From: an uncultured Spirochaetia bacterium
Lineage (GTDB): Bacteria; Spirochaetota; JAHITG01; CAZBCL01
Reading direction: 5' to 3'
DNA: 64,000 nt
Assembly (NCBI GenBank): GCA_964490645.1
Contig: CAZBCL010000001.1
Span: 194,334-258,333, forward strand
The notes under the pieces were generated by a model. It was given only the letters and a program-made list of their open reading frames with translations. It was not told where the DNA came from and ran no database searches. Position numbers and translations under genes: made by a program. Shown here one piece after another: positions 38,992 to 49,682 of this stretch; within the stretch, counting starts at the first letter, position 1, and every line of letters starts with the position of its first letter.

Positions 38992-41742
38992 ATGCCACAA
39001 AGTTTTGAACCCACTTCACGCCCGCAGAAAAGCGGTTTTGTGAAACGTATCATTATTATCAGTATTATCCTTGTAGTGCTTTTATTCGGATTGTATAGCT
39101 ACATGAAAATTGTTGCATTGAAGGCACCAACCTTTATCGGATCAGATGCAATGATAGTCGCTGAAGCAGACAATCTGCTCAACCTGCTTGAAAATCTTGA
39201 AGCAAGCGACACCGTTAATCTGCTTAAAGATGATAGAGAATATCGCAGTTTGTATGCAATGCTGATTGAATTACAATCTTCGTTTGTCCAGCAAAATAAA
39301 AGTTTCCTTCGCTTACTGAATACACCGGTGCATTTAGTTGTACCAACACATGATGAGCCGCTGCTTATTCTCGATATGGGCATGAAAAGTCTGCTTTTTG
39401 GAGCAGGGCAAAATATTCTGCCATTATTATTCAGCAATAATGAACAATTCAGTGTGAATACCTACGAAGCAAATGGCGCAAAATTACTTGATCTGACCAT
39501 TAAGAAAAACAACAGTGTTGTGCATTTTCACGCTAAAAAAAATATTCTGCTGATTTCTCTTTCCCGTAATTCAATTTTACAGGCATTGGAAGCATATCAA
39601 TCCGGTGTTCATTGGAATAATAATGAAAATTTCCAACAAGTTCGTGCTAATGTTGCCGGCAGCACATCATTGCGCATTTACTATAACGCCGCATATATAT
39701 TAAATATTATTCAAGACAACTCCCCCGCTGAAACCGCCATTGATGCATTATCATTTCTTAATATAGCCGGCATTGCCGTTAATCTGAAAAAAGATTCAAT
39801 TACACTTGATGGTTTTAATTCAACCGGACTCTCCAATAGTGCCGTCAACCGCATTTTTAATTCTCAGCCGCGCACCATTAAAGTCCCTGAAATTTTACCT
39901 GAAGACATTGAAACACTTGCAGTATTTACATTCGACCATTTTGAAGATGTTTATGAAAGTGTAAAAGAATTATTCTGCAATGACCCGAGCATTGAACGGC
40001 AATTTAAAAAGGGTGAACGCAATCTCCGCCGATTGCTGAAAGAGCCATTGGATACATCAATATTTTCATGGCTGGGAAATGAAATCGCACTTGCACAGCT
40101 TCCCGGCAAGAGCAATGCTGTTATTATTATTCATACCGGAAATCCCGGGCGCGCACAAAACTTTCTTAATGACTTTGCACAACGCGGATGGATTAGCGAC
40201 AGTAATGTACCACGCTATCGCAATCAATATGATATTAAAAAAATCAACCTGCCGTTTGCACTTAATCTCATTGCTTCGGTATTTATTCCCAATCTTGAAT
40301 TGCCGTATTTTTCAATTATTGATGATTTTCTTTTAATATCGATGGACTATACTGTATTACAGAAAATAATGGATGCGGCGCTCACTGATGCAGTATTATC
40401 ATTATCTGATGAGTATAAAACCATTGCATTAAACATTGACCGGCAGGCAAATGTCTTTTGTTACTGGAAAAATTTAAATCGTATCGTTTCCTTACCAACT
40501 CGGCACGGCATTCTTCCCTCGCTCATTCGGTCATATCCGGCAGGAATGATGAGCATAAAATTCATCAATAGCGGTATGAAAGAAAAAGTATATCTTATAC
40601 GAAATATACGAACCACTCCTGAACCGGCTGCAGGCTGGCCAATCACCTTAAACGGCAATGCTGCCGGTGAAGCACGTATTGCTGATATTGACGGTAAAGG
40701 GCTTGATGACATTATTGTCGCTGCACAAAATGGAAAAGTATATGTACTGGACTATTACGGCAATAATGTACTCGGATGGCCGATAAAAACAGACGGGAAA
40801 ATAACCACACCGCCGGCAATCGGAAATGTTGATAATTCTGCAGAGCTTGAAATCGGCGTCGTTACTGAAAATGGTATTGTTTCGTTATATTCTAAAAACG
40901 GCACTATGATGGACGGATGGCCGAAAAATATTGAAGAGACGGTTGATACTCGTTTATGTTTTGCCGATATAACCGGCGATCGGAAAGATGATATTATTGT
41001 CGGAACAACTCGCGGCAATGTATATGCATGGACGGCAGACGGCACACCGGTGCAGGGATTTCCTGTCGCCCTTCCCGGACTGGAAGGTGTCGGTCGTTCA
41101 ATAGTGCCGGTCAATATAAAATCCGGTGCTGCAAATGAATTGCTGGTTCCTACTATTACATGGAATGGACATATTTACGCACTTACCGGTACGGGGACAT
41201 TACTGAACAATTGGCCAAAAGAAACAAAAACCGCCAATAAAACTGTCCCGATAATCACGCCTATGAATCCCGGCAACCAATCAGTTATATTATTTTTAAC
41301 CGGAAACGGGACACTGTATGCATGGAATGTTAATGGATCAACCATACTTTCCAATATTACGATAACGTCACGCATAACAGTAAATCCGGCAGCAGCTGAT
41401 ATCAACAACGACGGAATAACCGATATTGTTACGCTTAATGATGCCGGTCTTATTAAAATAAGCGCTCCGAACGGGACAACAATAAAACAATGGCAAGCCG
41501 GTCCCCCGTCACGTAATTCGCAATTATTGATAACTGATATTAATGATGACGGAAAATCTGAAATTATTTATGCATTCCCGAACGGCATCGTACGAGTTTG
41601 GAATAATGAAGGCGTTGAGCTTTCGGCATTACAAATGAACGGATCATTTACACCGAGTATACATGATTTTGATCATGATCATTCACGTGAAGCCGTAACG
41701 GTTAATCGGAACGGAACGGTTTGTGTTTATCAACTTCCATAA
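38992..41742 (+). CDS. Membrane-anchored large protein with C-terminal FG-GAP/VCBS-like beta-propeller repeats.
   Basis: N-terminal TM (IIIISIILVVLLFGLY). About 500-aa unknown region. At least 7 repeats of D-x-[DN]-x-DG-x-x-D-[IL] (DIDGKGLDDIIV, DITGDRKDDIIV, DINNDGITDIV, DINDDGKSEII). Confidence 0.65.
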   Translation: MPQSFEPTSRPQKSGFVKRIIIISIILVVLLFGLYSYMKIVALKAPTFIGSDAMIVAEADNLLNLLENLEASDTVNLLKDDREYRSLYAMLIELQSSFVQQNKSFLRLLNTPVHLVVPTHDEPLLILDMGMKSLLFGAGQNILPLLFSNNEQFSVNTYEANGAKLLDLTIKKNNSVVHFHAKKNILLISLSRNSILQALEAYQSGVHWNNNENFQQVRANVAGSTSLRIYYNAAYILNIIQDNSPAETAIDALSFLNIAGIAVNLKKDSITLDGFNSTGLSNSAVNRIFNSQPRTIKVPEILPEDIETLAVFTFDHFEDVYESVKELFCNDPSIERQFKKGERNLRRLLKEPLDTSIFSWLGNEIALAQLPGKSNAVIIIHTGNPGRAQNFLNDFAQRGWISDSNVPRYRNQYDIKKINLPFALNLIASVFIPNLELPYFSIIDDFLLISMDYTVLQKIMDAALTDAVLSLSDEYKTIALNIDRQANVFCYWKNLNRIVSLPTRHGILPSLIRSYPAGMMSIKFINSGMKEKVYLIRNIRTTPEPAAGWPITLNGNAAGEARIADIDGKGLDDIIVAAQNGKVYVLDYYGNNVLGWPIKTDGKITTPPAIGNVDNSAELEIGVVTENGIVSLYSKNGTMMDGWPKNIEETVDTRLCFADITGDRKDDIIVGTTRGNVYAWTADGTPVQGFPVALPGLEGVGRSIVPVNIKSGAANELLVPTITWNGHIYALTGTGTLLNNWPKETKTANKTVPIITPMNPGNQSVILFLTGNGTLYAWNVNGSTILSNITITSRITVNPAAADINNDGITDIVTLNDAGLIKISAPNGTTIKQWQAGPPSRNSQLLITDINDDGKSEIIYAFPNGIVRVWNNEGVELSALQMNGSFTPSIHDFDHDHSREAVTVNRNGTVCVYQLP

Positions 41743-41753
41743 CAGGACTGATT

Positions 41754-42797
41754 ATGAAGCAAATAACCATATTTTTCATTTTTTGTTTTTTTTCGGCAGC
41801 CGGAATCCATGCCGCATTATGGTCAATTGTTGATGCAACTGAACCATCAGCTGTTTATGATGCTCAGTATATATCTGCTGATCGACAGCATATAATTAAT
41901 ACCGCTGCAGCAACCGGAAATATAAAACCCCTGACACAACTCCTGAAAGAAACAAAAAAAGAAAAATCTTCTCAGAACGATCGTGCAGCAGTATATTGGT
42001 ATACAGCCGGCTGTGAAAAGTATATTCAGGGAAAAACACGCTCGGCACGAAAATATTATAAAACTGCTATGAAAGTATCTCCTGAAAACCCCCTCTTTGT
42101 TTATTACTATGCAAAAACCTTTCCGGCACCAATAACGGAATATAGACGTATTCTTTCCAATAATTCTACGACAGAAGCATTATGGGCGGGGCTGGTCTAT
42201 CTGCAGGTTGAAAACGGACTACTTGCCGATGCATGTGCAACACTGCATGCAGCGCAGAAACACTTTCACCACGCTGAACATACTATTCAAACCGAAATTC
42301 AAAAAATCGCCGCTATTTCTGAGAACACACCAATTGTTTCATCTGAAATCGGTTCTGTTTTAATCAGCAGAGAAATTAATTATATGCAGCTCACCGTGTA
42401 TCTTTCAAAAATACTCGGTGATACTATCGCTGCACCTATTGATAATACCGCACCGGATCAATTACTGCAGTATTATGAGCACCTCGGTATTATCAATGAA
42501 CAAAACCGCGGTTTTATCCGCCCGAATGCAAAAGTATACCGTGAAATCCTTGCCCTTGCATTGCTTCAATCATTTCTGCATATAACCGGTTCTCCGCCGG
42601 ATACTATTGATTATAGTGCTATTGAGGCAGGAATTCCCGACTGTTATACAACGCATTATGCATATACCGCCGTACTCTTTTCTATTGAACGAAATTTACT
42701 GCCGCGGAAAACTGATGGCAGTTTCGGCATGGCTCACCGTGTAACCGGATATGCCGCATATATAGCATTTCAAGAGCTTCGTCGATTAATTCAATAA
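41754..42797 (+). CDS. Hypothetical secreted protein.
   Basis: Signal peptide MKQITIFFIFCFFSAAGIHA. AGGA ribosome-binding site. No domain recognised. Confidence 0.5.
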   Translation: MKQITIFFIFCFFSAAGIHAALWSIVDATEPSAVYDAQYISADRQHIINTAAATGNIKPLTQLLKETKKEKSSQNDRAAVYWYTAGCEKYIQGKTRSARKYYKTAMKVSPENPLFVYYYAKTFPAPITEYRRILSNNSTTEALWAGLVYLQVENGLLADACATLHAAQKHFHHAEHTIQTEIQKIAAISENTPIVSSEIGSVLISREINYMQLTVYLSKILGDTIAAPIDNTAPDQLLQYYEHLGIINEQNRGFIRPNAKVYREILALALLQSFLHITGSPPDTIDYSAIEAGIPDCYTTHYAYTAVLFSIERNLLPRKTDGSFGMAHRVTGYAAYIAFQELRRLIQ

Positions 42798-42817
42798 CTT
42801 CCTATTGCATTGACACA

Positions 42818-42846
42818 TTGACGATTCAGAAACTTCATTGTACTAT
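42818..42846 (+). promoter_or_regulatory. Sigma-70-like promoter TTGACG-N17-TACTAT ending 8 nt before the mnmG ATG. Implies a leaderless or near-leaderless transcript.
   Basis: Hexamers and spacing read directly from the sequence. No Shine-Dalgarno before the mnmG ATG. Confidence 0.4.
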
Positions 42847-42854
42847 CTTGCATT

Positions 42855-44762
42855 ATGAGCAATACTACATTTGACATTATCGTTGTCGGTGGCGGACATG
42901 CAGGAATTGAAGCGGCACTTGCCGCCTCTCGTTCGGGAATGAAAACAGTATTAATAACAATGGATGCCGCACGACTCGGACAAATGTCATGCAACCCTGC
43001 CATCGGCGGACTCGGTAAGGGACAGTTAGTCGTTGAACTTGATGCCCTCGGCGGCGAAATGGCACGTGCTATTGATACAACCGGCATTCAGTTTCGCATT
43101 TTAAACGCAACAAAAGGACCTGCCGTACAATCCCCCCGTGCACAAGCAGATAAATTTGATTATGTTAATTATATGTGCAGATTATTCGGGGTCAGCAAAG
43201 GATCTATACCGGATAATGAAAACCTTTCGGTTATTGAAGACACTGTTTCATCACTCAGTATTAAAAATAATACTATAACCGGTGTCGAATGTATCAGCAG
43301 TGCACATTATACTGCACGTGCAGTAATACTGACAACCGGAACATTTTTAAATGGTCTTATTCATATCGGACTTGAACATTATTCCGGCGGCAGAAATGGC
43401 GAACCAGCCGTTGAAGGACTTTCCGACAGTCTTCGACACGCCGGCTTACAGTTAGGACGATTAAAAACAGGAACGCCGCCGCGACTTGATAAAGAAACAA
43501 TAGATTTTTCAAATCTTGAACGACAGGACGGTGATGAACAACCAACCCCCTTCAGTTTTCATACAGCCGGTATACATATCAAACAGATCCCCTGTCATAT
43601 CACCTGGACTACGACGAAAACACATGACATCATCCGCTCCCATTTTGATCGTTCGCCATTATATGGTCCGAATAAAATTATTACCGGTACCGGCGTACGG
43701 TATTGTCCGAGCATAGAGGACAAACTCGTACGTTTTCCGGATAAATTACGCCATCAAGTATTTATTGAACCGGAAGGACGTCGTACAAACTCAATGTATA
43801 TTAATGGCGTATCAACATCACTGCCGATTGATGCACAGAAAGAATATATCGCTACAATTCCCGGACTTGAACATGCTCGATTTTTACAACCCGCCTATGG
43901 CATTGAATATGATTATGTTGATCCGAAACAATTATATGCAACACTTGAAACAAAAGTCGTTCAAGGATTATATCTTGCCGGACAAATAAACGGCACAACC
44001 GGATATGAAGAAGCTGCTGCTCAGGGTTTTATTGCGGCAATTAATGCGGCGCTAACATTAAAAGGCAAGCCGTCCTTCGTTCCGGGACGTGATGAAGCAT
44101 ATATTGGTGTCATGCTTGACGACCTTGTTACAAAAGGAGCCCCTGAACCATACCGTATGTTTACTTCGAGAGCTGAATTCCGTTTAATGCTGCGTTGTGA
44201 CAATGCTGATAAACGATTGATGCCCATTGGTCATCAACTAGGGCTCATCAGCGATGAGGTTTTCGAATCAATGCGCCGGCGGTATGATAGTGTTGATAAA
44301 ACTATTATTCGCATGGGTAAAACGTTTATTCAACAAAAAGATATTAATGCCGTTTCAACAACCGGACCGCATATTGACCGGCATGTTTCATTGTACCAGT
44401 TATTTAAACGACCCGAAGTTACCGGCACTCTTATGCAGCGCCTTGATACTGCCTATGCACAGTTGGATAAACATACCGCCCGATTAGTTATGCTGCATAT
44501 AAAATATGATGGCTATATTAAACGGCAAGTACTGCATGTTGAACGGTTTCGCCGAAAAGAAAAAACTATAATTCCCGATACGCTTGATTACAGCAGCATT
44601 TCATCATTACGCAATGAAGCATGTCAGCGACTGCAGGAAATTCGTCCGAAAACACTCGGTCAAGCATCACGAATTACCGGTGTTACACCGGCCGATATTT
44701 CATTATTAATGATTTACATTGCACGATTTAAAAAAGACCCTGAACATCATAAATCGGTATAA
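42855..44762 (+). CDS. mnmG: tRNA uridine-5-carboxymethylaminomethyl synthesis enzyme MnmG (GidA).
   Basis: [26 protein letters not shown] motif. Full-length 635-aa GidA architecture. Confidence 0.95.
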   Translation: MSNTTFDIIVVGGGHAGIEAALAASRSGMKTVLITMDAARLGQMSCNPAIGGLGKGQLVVELDALGGEMARAIDTTGIQFRILNATKGPAVQSPRAQADKFDYVNYMCRLFGVSKGSIPDNENLSVIEDTVSSLSIKNNTITGVECISSAHYTARAVILTTGTFLNGLIHIGLEHYSGGRNGEPAVEGLSDSLRHAGLQLGRLKTGTPPRLDKETIDFSNLERQDGDEQPTPFSFHTAGIHIKQIPCHITWTTTKTHDIIRSHFDRSPLYGPNKIITGTGVRYCPSIEDKLVRFPDKLRHQVFIEPEGRRTNSMYINGVSTSLPIDAQKEYIATIPGLEHARFLQPAYGIEYDYVDPKQLYATLETKVVQGLYLAGQINGTTGYEEAAAQGFIAAINAALTLKGKPSFVPGRDEAYIGVMLDDLVTKGAPEPYRMFTSRAEFRLMLRCDNADKRLMPIGHQLGLISDEVFESMRRRYDSVDKTIIRMGKTFIQQKDINAVSTTGPHIDRHVSLYQLFKRPEVTGTLMQRLDTAYAQLDKHTARLVMLHIKYDGYIKRQVLHVERFRRKEKTIIPDTLDYSSISSLRNEACQRLQEIRPKTLGQASRITGVTPADISLLMIYIARFKKDPEHHKSV

Positions 44763-44766
44763 TATG

Positions 44767-45957
44767 CTATTCCTGTTCAAGAAGATGACGTATCAGCAGA
44801 TGTCCTTTATTGAATACGACACCTGATGCACGACCCGTTGCTTCAGTATAGCGCCGTTCAGCAATACATCCCGATGAGCGTGAATCAAACAAAAGATACG
44901 GAACCAATTCATTTGTATGTTTGCCGATAGCACAAGGTGTCGGATGATCCGGTAAGAATAAAAATCGAAAATCAGTATCCCCTAATCCTTCAATAAGCGG
45001 GCGGATCAGCCGTTGATCAAGATTTTCAATGCCGCGAACTTTTTCTTCGGCATCGCCTGCATGTCCGGATTCATCAGTTGCTTCAACATGAATAAAAATA
45101 AAATCATACTCTTTTTGAGCTTTTAACGCTGCAGCCGCTTTTCCCTCATAATTTGTATCTACCCTTCCGGTTGCACCATCAACAGGAATAATATCAAACC
45201 CCATTCCGACAGCTAATCCCCGAACGATATCAACCGCCGTAATCACCGCTCCACGCAAATTAAACTGTTCCTTAAAGTTCGGAAAATGCGGGCGTCCCCC
45301 ATGCCCCCACAACCACAGTGCATTGGCAAAAGACGTATTTTTCTTACTTTGTTCTTGAACAAGTGTATGTGATGATAAAAATTGCCGTGCACGGTTGATA
45401 ATATCAATTAATTTTTCAGCATGCGGACCGGTCGGCAGAAACTCCTGAATGGGTTTCCCGGAAATATTATGCGGCGGCATTGTTATTATTCCTTCCAATG
45501 GTCCGTCAGGATAAATAAGCAGATTACGATAATCAACCCCGGCATAAAAGGTAAACGAGTCCTTGAAATACATATTTAAATCATTAATAAGTATATTTGC
45601 CTGTTCGCTTGTAATTCCTCCTCCTGAATAATCAACCATGTTATTATCATTGATACACACAAAATTACATCGATAAACACTGTCATTATTACGCAGCACA
45701 ATCGCCGGGTTGGCCAATGCTTCAATAGCACCACGCCCGCATTGATACACTATCGGATCAGCACCAAGAATACTCATATTGCCGATATCCGAAGCAGGGG
45801 GAAGCTCTTCAGGAACCATGTTTGCCATACCGAGTTCACTGCGTGCCGCAAGATAATCAATATAGGGTGTGCGTGCATATTCAAGCGGTGTTTTACCGCC
45901 GAATGCTTCAATTCCCCAATCAGCCATACCATCACCAACAACGATAATATATTTCAT
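44767..45957 (-). CDS. apgM: Cofactor-independent phosphoglycerate mutase, archaeal type (ApgM family).
   Basis: MKYIIVVGDGMADW...GKTPLEYARTP... with C-terminal HVEATDESGHAGD and LPDHPTP metal-site motifs of the ApgM branch of the alkaline-phosphatase superfamily. Confidence 0.85.
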   Translation of the reverse strand: MKYIIVVGDGMADWGIEAFGGKTPLEYARTPYIDYLAARSELGMANMVPEELPPASDIGNMSILGADPIVYQCGRGAIEALANPAIVLRNNDSVYRCNFVCINDNNMVDYSGGGITSEQANILINDLNMYFKDSFTFYAGVDYRNLLIYPDGPLEGIITMPPHNISGKPIQEFLPTGPHAEKLIDIINRARQFLSSHTLVQEQSKKNTSFANALWLWGHGGRPHFPNFKEQFNLRGAVITAVDIVRGLAVGMGFDIIPVDGATGRVDTNYEGKAAAALKAQKEYDFIFIHVEATDESGHAGDAEEKVRGIENLDQRLIRPLIEGLGDTDFRFLFLPDHPTPCAIGKHTNELVPYLLFDSRSSGCIAERRYTEATGRASGVVFNKGHLLIRHLLEQE

Positions 45958-46188
45958 TGTATATATTCCTTTATGTATATGTGTTGATAGAGTGTATCAT
46001 TAAATTAAAAAAAATGGAATAGTGTATGATTCATATTATAGGAGGAAATGTACAAGCGAACAGAAGCACCGTGTGCCCTGTCCGCCGTTGGAAGTTTCTT
46101 TTGTTATCACATACTGACCATGAGCAGCAGGTCTGTATGTTTCCGGTTACTGTTGCCGGAACTCAACCACATTCTCAGTACCGGCAGG

Positions 46189-46428
46189 TTATACTTCCTG
46201 CCGATGTGCAAGATAATCACTCAACTTATTTGCAATTCGGGTAATAGCAGTATCAAGATATTTCGGATTGCTTAATTTTTCCTGAAGTTTCTTCCGTTCA
46301 TCATCAGTAATATGATGAATGTTATACGGACCTCTTACTTTCCCGTTTTGACTATTCATTGTTACATCCTTGTAACCCGGACGAAGCCGGTTAATCGAGG
46401 CGACCATCCATGGTCTTAATCCCTCCAC
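46189..46428 (-). CDS. Small protein, possibly an anti-sigma-28 FlgM-like factor (weak).
   Basis: C-terminal ERKKLQEKLSNPKYLDTAITRIANKLSDYL resembles the FlgM C-terminal helix pattern (G-Y-x-V-D...I-A-x-K-L). Divergent from the cheX-cheY operon. Confidence 0.3.
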   Translation of the reverse strand: MEGLRPWMVASINRLRPGYKDVTMNSQNGKVRGPYNIHHITDDERKKLQEKLSNPKYLDTAITRIANKLSDYLAHRQEV

Positions 46429-46607
46429 TATTTAATATCGACTGATTGATAAAAACCTTAACAGTAAAATTGAAAATATTTCACAGTTGAGAACATTGTA
46501 TAATAATTACCATATTTTATGTTAACTTTATTATCAAACCCGCGCGTATCCATAATCCAATAAATAATATATATAGTGCAGTGTCTTTTAGAAATAATGA
46601 TATTATC

Positions 46608-46636
46608 TTGACACTATATAGAATATGAATTATTAT
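46608..46636 (+). promoter_or_regulatory. Sigma-70-type promoter TTGACA-N17-TATTAT upstream of cheX.
   Basis: Consensus -35 and near-consensus -10 at optimal spacing, about 45 bp before the cheX ATG. Confidence 0.45.
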
Positions 46637-46683
46637 AGGTGTTCACAATGTGAAGCGTGCATCGACACGATACAAGGAAATCT

Positions 46684-47154
46684 ATGCAAGTTGAATATGT
46701 AAATCCGTTTATTATCGGCGCTATTGAGGTATTTGAACAAATTGCGTCAATAGAATTAAAAAAGCAATCAATCGCCTTAAAAGATGATTCACGACCAACA
46801 CATGAAATTGCTATTGTTATCGGTGTGTCCGGATATTTGGAAGGGCAAGTTATTTATAGTTTTAAGGAACATACCGCCGAGCGCATTGTTTCTTCAATGA
46901 TGCCGAATAGTCCTCCTGAAAAACAAAAAGAATATATGGAAAGCGCTATTGGTTCACTCGCAAATATGATAACCGGTCGGGCAACAATCCTGCTCGCAGG
47001 AAAACAACAAGTTCTTCGCATCACTCCGCCGGCAATTATTATCGGTGAAAACATGGATTATAAATTCGTTACCAATAAAACACTTTCGGTATCATTCACT
47101 TCACGCTTTGGAACAACTGAAATCAATGTCGCCTTAACGGTAGCCGGCAAATAA
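46684..47154 (+). CDS. cheX: Chemotaxis CheY-P phosphatase CheX.
   Basis: MQVEYVNPFIIGAIEVFEQ... about 156 aa. CheC/CheX/FliY-family fold pattern. AAGGAA ribosome-binding site. Confidence 0.8.
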   Translation: MQVEYVNPFIIGAIEVFEQIASIELKKQSIALKDDSRPTHEIAIVIGVSGYLEGQVIYSFKEHTAERIVSSMMPNSPPEKQKEYMESAIGSLANMITGRATILLAGKQQVLRITPPAIIIGENMDYKFVTNKTLSVSFTSRFGTTEINVALTVAGK

Positions 47155-47170
47155 AAAGTGGTTGAACAAT

Positions 47171-47530
47171 ATGGCAAAAGTTCTGTTAGCAGATGATTTA
47201 GCATTTATCAAAATGGTTCAGCAGGAAGTACTCAAAGATAATGGATTTGAAGTTGTCGGCGATGCTGTTGACGGTGTTGATTGTGTTGAAAAATATAAAA
47301 AACTGCGCCCTGATATTGTCATTATGGATATTACCATGCCGCGTATGGATGGATTGAATGCATTACGGGCAATTTTAAGTCAGGATAAAAAAGCACGTGT
47401 TGTAATATGCTCAGCATTAGGACAGCAAAAATTGATTATTGAAGCCATAAAAGCAGGGGCAAAGGATTTTATTGTCAAACCCTTCCAGCCTGAACGACTT
47501 CTTTCCGCATTACATAAAGCCATGAAATGA
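47171..47530 (+). CDS. cheY: Chemotaxis response regulator CheY (single REC domain).
   Basis: KVLLADD, DIVIMDITMPRMDG, ICSALGQ, K in DFIVKPF: canonical receiver-domain residues. Confidence 0.88.
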   Translation: MAKVLLADDLAFIKMVQQEVLKDNGFEVVGDAVDGVDCVEKYKKLRPDIVIMDITMPRMDGLNALRAILSQDKKARVVICSALGQQKLIIEAIKAGAKDFIVKPFQPERLLSALHKAMK

Positions 47531-48969
47531 AACGTATCGTCTGGATAATTCTGATAACAGCACTATTTTACTCAACGTCTTCGGCATTCCTCTTTTTTAA
47601 AAAGAAACCTCCCCGCTCGGAAAAAATTACCGTGAGTGTTCATGACAAACCATACCGCCTTATAGCGATACTTCCTTTTACAAACCGTACTGGAAAAAGT
47701 GAGTTTGATTATCTGAGTCTAAGCATACCCCATTACCTGCATTCCGCACTCACCTCAATAACAAACGTTATCGTATCAACGAATGATATTGCTGTTGCAC
47801 CGGCATTACTAACCAATACCAATGTTATACTTTCTTATGACAAAGACTTTAATCGCACGGTGAAGGTTCTTTCAATGAAAAGCGTTGTATCACTCTTAAC
47901 GCAATGCACTGCATGCCATTCGTTAGCGGCAACCGCAACAAACCTTGCGGTTGACTATGTGGTATACGGATCATTTACTGGTTCATCTCGGGATAATCTC
48001 TCATTTAAAACATATTTGTATTTCGTACAGCGCCAAAGCAATGCCGGTCCGTTTGAATTATCGTATCACGGCGATGCACTGAATGCGCCTCCAAAAATAG
48101 CAGCCCAAATAAAAGCAGCGTTTTATCATACACCCGGCGGCGCATTAACCGTTACTTCCGATCCGCCGGATGCCCTCATTTATGCGAATGGACGATACTG
48201 CAATCGCACACCTTTCACCATAGAATATTTGCCGGTTGGCACATATGTTATAACAGTCCGAAAAGACGGATGGCACACACAATCAAATACTATTTGCATG
48301 ACAACAAATGGATATGCCTTAACAAACATTACACTACTGAATGCGCGAACTGCTGCACCAATTGCTATCACGACTTCTCCGACGAATGCATTAATTATGT
48401 TTGATGCACGCCCGATCGGAAAAACACCATTGATCGTTTCAAACCTTGTTCCCGGGCGTTATCGAATACGCTTGAGTGCTCCCGGATATATTAATGAGTA
48501 TCATCGAATACGTATTAATAAAACCGCGAACCGCCCGCTTATGATAACGATGCAGCCGAAAACTCGTACAAATGAAATCGCACGTATTTATCACCAATCA
48601 CGTTGTCTTATGTGGACATTCACGGGGACAGGACTTGCACTGACTATCGGAGCGGTAATTGCTATCGGAGAAGTTGAACGAAATCAGGAATTGCCGGCAA
48701 CGATTGCATATGATAATCCGAACAAGGAGACGCTCATTAATGAATACTATCGAAAAGAAACACTGTGGCGATCTGCAGCAATTGCCTGCGGTTCACTTTC
48801 ATTAGTATCATATGTTACTGCAATTATTTTTATGATAAAAGCAGCGAATTATTCAAGTTATGAATACGGCATGATATTAAATACGCCATCAGATCGTATA
48901 GTGCATCCACTCCCTGCGATAATCAGCCCGCACTACTGTGCCGTACAGCTGATACAAAAACAATTTTAA
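47527..48969 (+). CDS. Secreted PEGA-domain protein with a C-terminal TM anchor.
   Basis: Two PEGA-like blocks (LTVTSDPPDALIYANGRYCNRTPFTIEYLPVGTYVITVRKDGW; IAITTSPTNALIMFDARPIGKTPLIVSNLVPGRYRIRLSAPGY). Signal peptide. ATGA overlap with the cheY stop. Confidence 0.65.
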   Translation: MKRIVWIILITALFYSTSSAFLFFKKKPPRSEKITVSVHDKPYRLIAILPFTNRTGKSEFDYLSLSIPHYLHSALTSITNVIVSTNDIAVAPALLTNTNVILSYDKDFNRTVKVLSMKSVVSLLTQCTACHSLAATATNLAVDYVVYGSFTGSSRDNLSFKTYLYFVQRQSNAGPFELSYHGDALNAPPKIAAQIKAAFYHTPGGALTVTSDPPDALIYANGRYCNRTPFTIEYLPVGTYVITVRKDGWHTQSNTICMTTNGYALTNITLLNARTAAPIAITTSPTNALIMFDARPIGKTPLIVSNLVPGRYRIRLSAPGYINEYHRIRINKTANRPLMITMQPKTRTNEIARIYHQSRCLMWTFTGTGLALTIGAVIAIGEVERNQELPATIAYDNPNKETLINEYYRKETLWRSAAIACGSLSLVSYVTAIIFMIKAANYSSYEYGMILNTPSDRIVHPLPAIISPHYCAVQLIQKQF

Positions 48970-48970
48970 T

Positions 48971-49240
48971 ATGCTATCATATTTCTCAAATGTATCGGCA
49001 TTTCATATTCCGGCGCTGAAGACAGCCGGGTACGGCAAGGGATACCGCAGCGCACACATTCGTTTATTATATAAACACGTAATAATTTATAAAACGATTG
49101 ATGACATTTTAAAACCAACGTGGTATACTATGCTGCATTTTACCTATGCATATACTGTATGCAGCAGCTTTCAGTGCAGCGCAATAAGCACATTATCAAC
49201 ACGCAGTGCGGTTGAGATATTTTTACGGCGGTATACATGA
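48971..49240 (+). CDS. Small hypothetical ORF (89 aa), uncertain.
   Basis: Begins 2 nt after the PEGA gene stop and overlaps the next ORF by 4 bp (ATGA). Composition is unusual (Y/H/T-rich), so it may be non-coding. Confidence 0.25.
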   Translation: MLSYFSNVSAFHIPALKTAGYGKGYRSAHIRLLYKHVIIYKTIDDILKPTWYTMLHFTYAYTVCSSFQCSAISTLSTRSAVEIFLRRYT

Positions 49241-49653
49241 AATTAAGTGTCGCAGAAATTGCATTTATCGTATTTAGCATCATTATCATTGTTATTACCA
49301 TTCATGAGTATGCAGGACGACGCATAGGACCATGTCGCATACTTGACACGGAAAATTATGTATATTCTGTCATGCCGAATGCACCATGTCATCTTAAAAT
49401 ATATTATAACCCCGAAGCGAAACGTGATGTTTATGTAATACCATTAATTTATGATAAAAAACCGAAAAGCAGAAATGATAAATGGAAAGAAATGAGCAGT
49501 TTAGTAAAATATGTTGCTCGGTCTAATATTACCGGATCACCGACACATATCTGTGCATACAGCGGTCGTTATTGTCGCATTCAACATGGTGAACTTATTT
49601 TTATCGACCAGCCCGAGGACATCTCTAATACACGCATTAATTCCAATCAATAG
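49237..49653 (+). CDS. Hypothetical membrane-anchored protein (138 aa).
   Basis: N-terminal TM (IAFIVFSIIIIVITI). Several Cys residues. No family recognised. Confidence 0.4.
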   Translation: MKLSVAEIAFIVFSIIIIVITIHEYAGRRIGPCRILDTENYVYSVMPNAPCHLKIYYNPEAKRDVYVIPLIYDKKPKSRNDKWKEMSSLVKYVARSNITGSPTHICAYSGRYCRIQHGELIFIDQPEDISNTRINSNQ

Positions 49654-49682
49654 ATTAATACGTCGATGCCATGCATTTGAAG

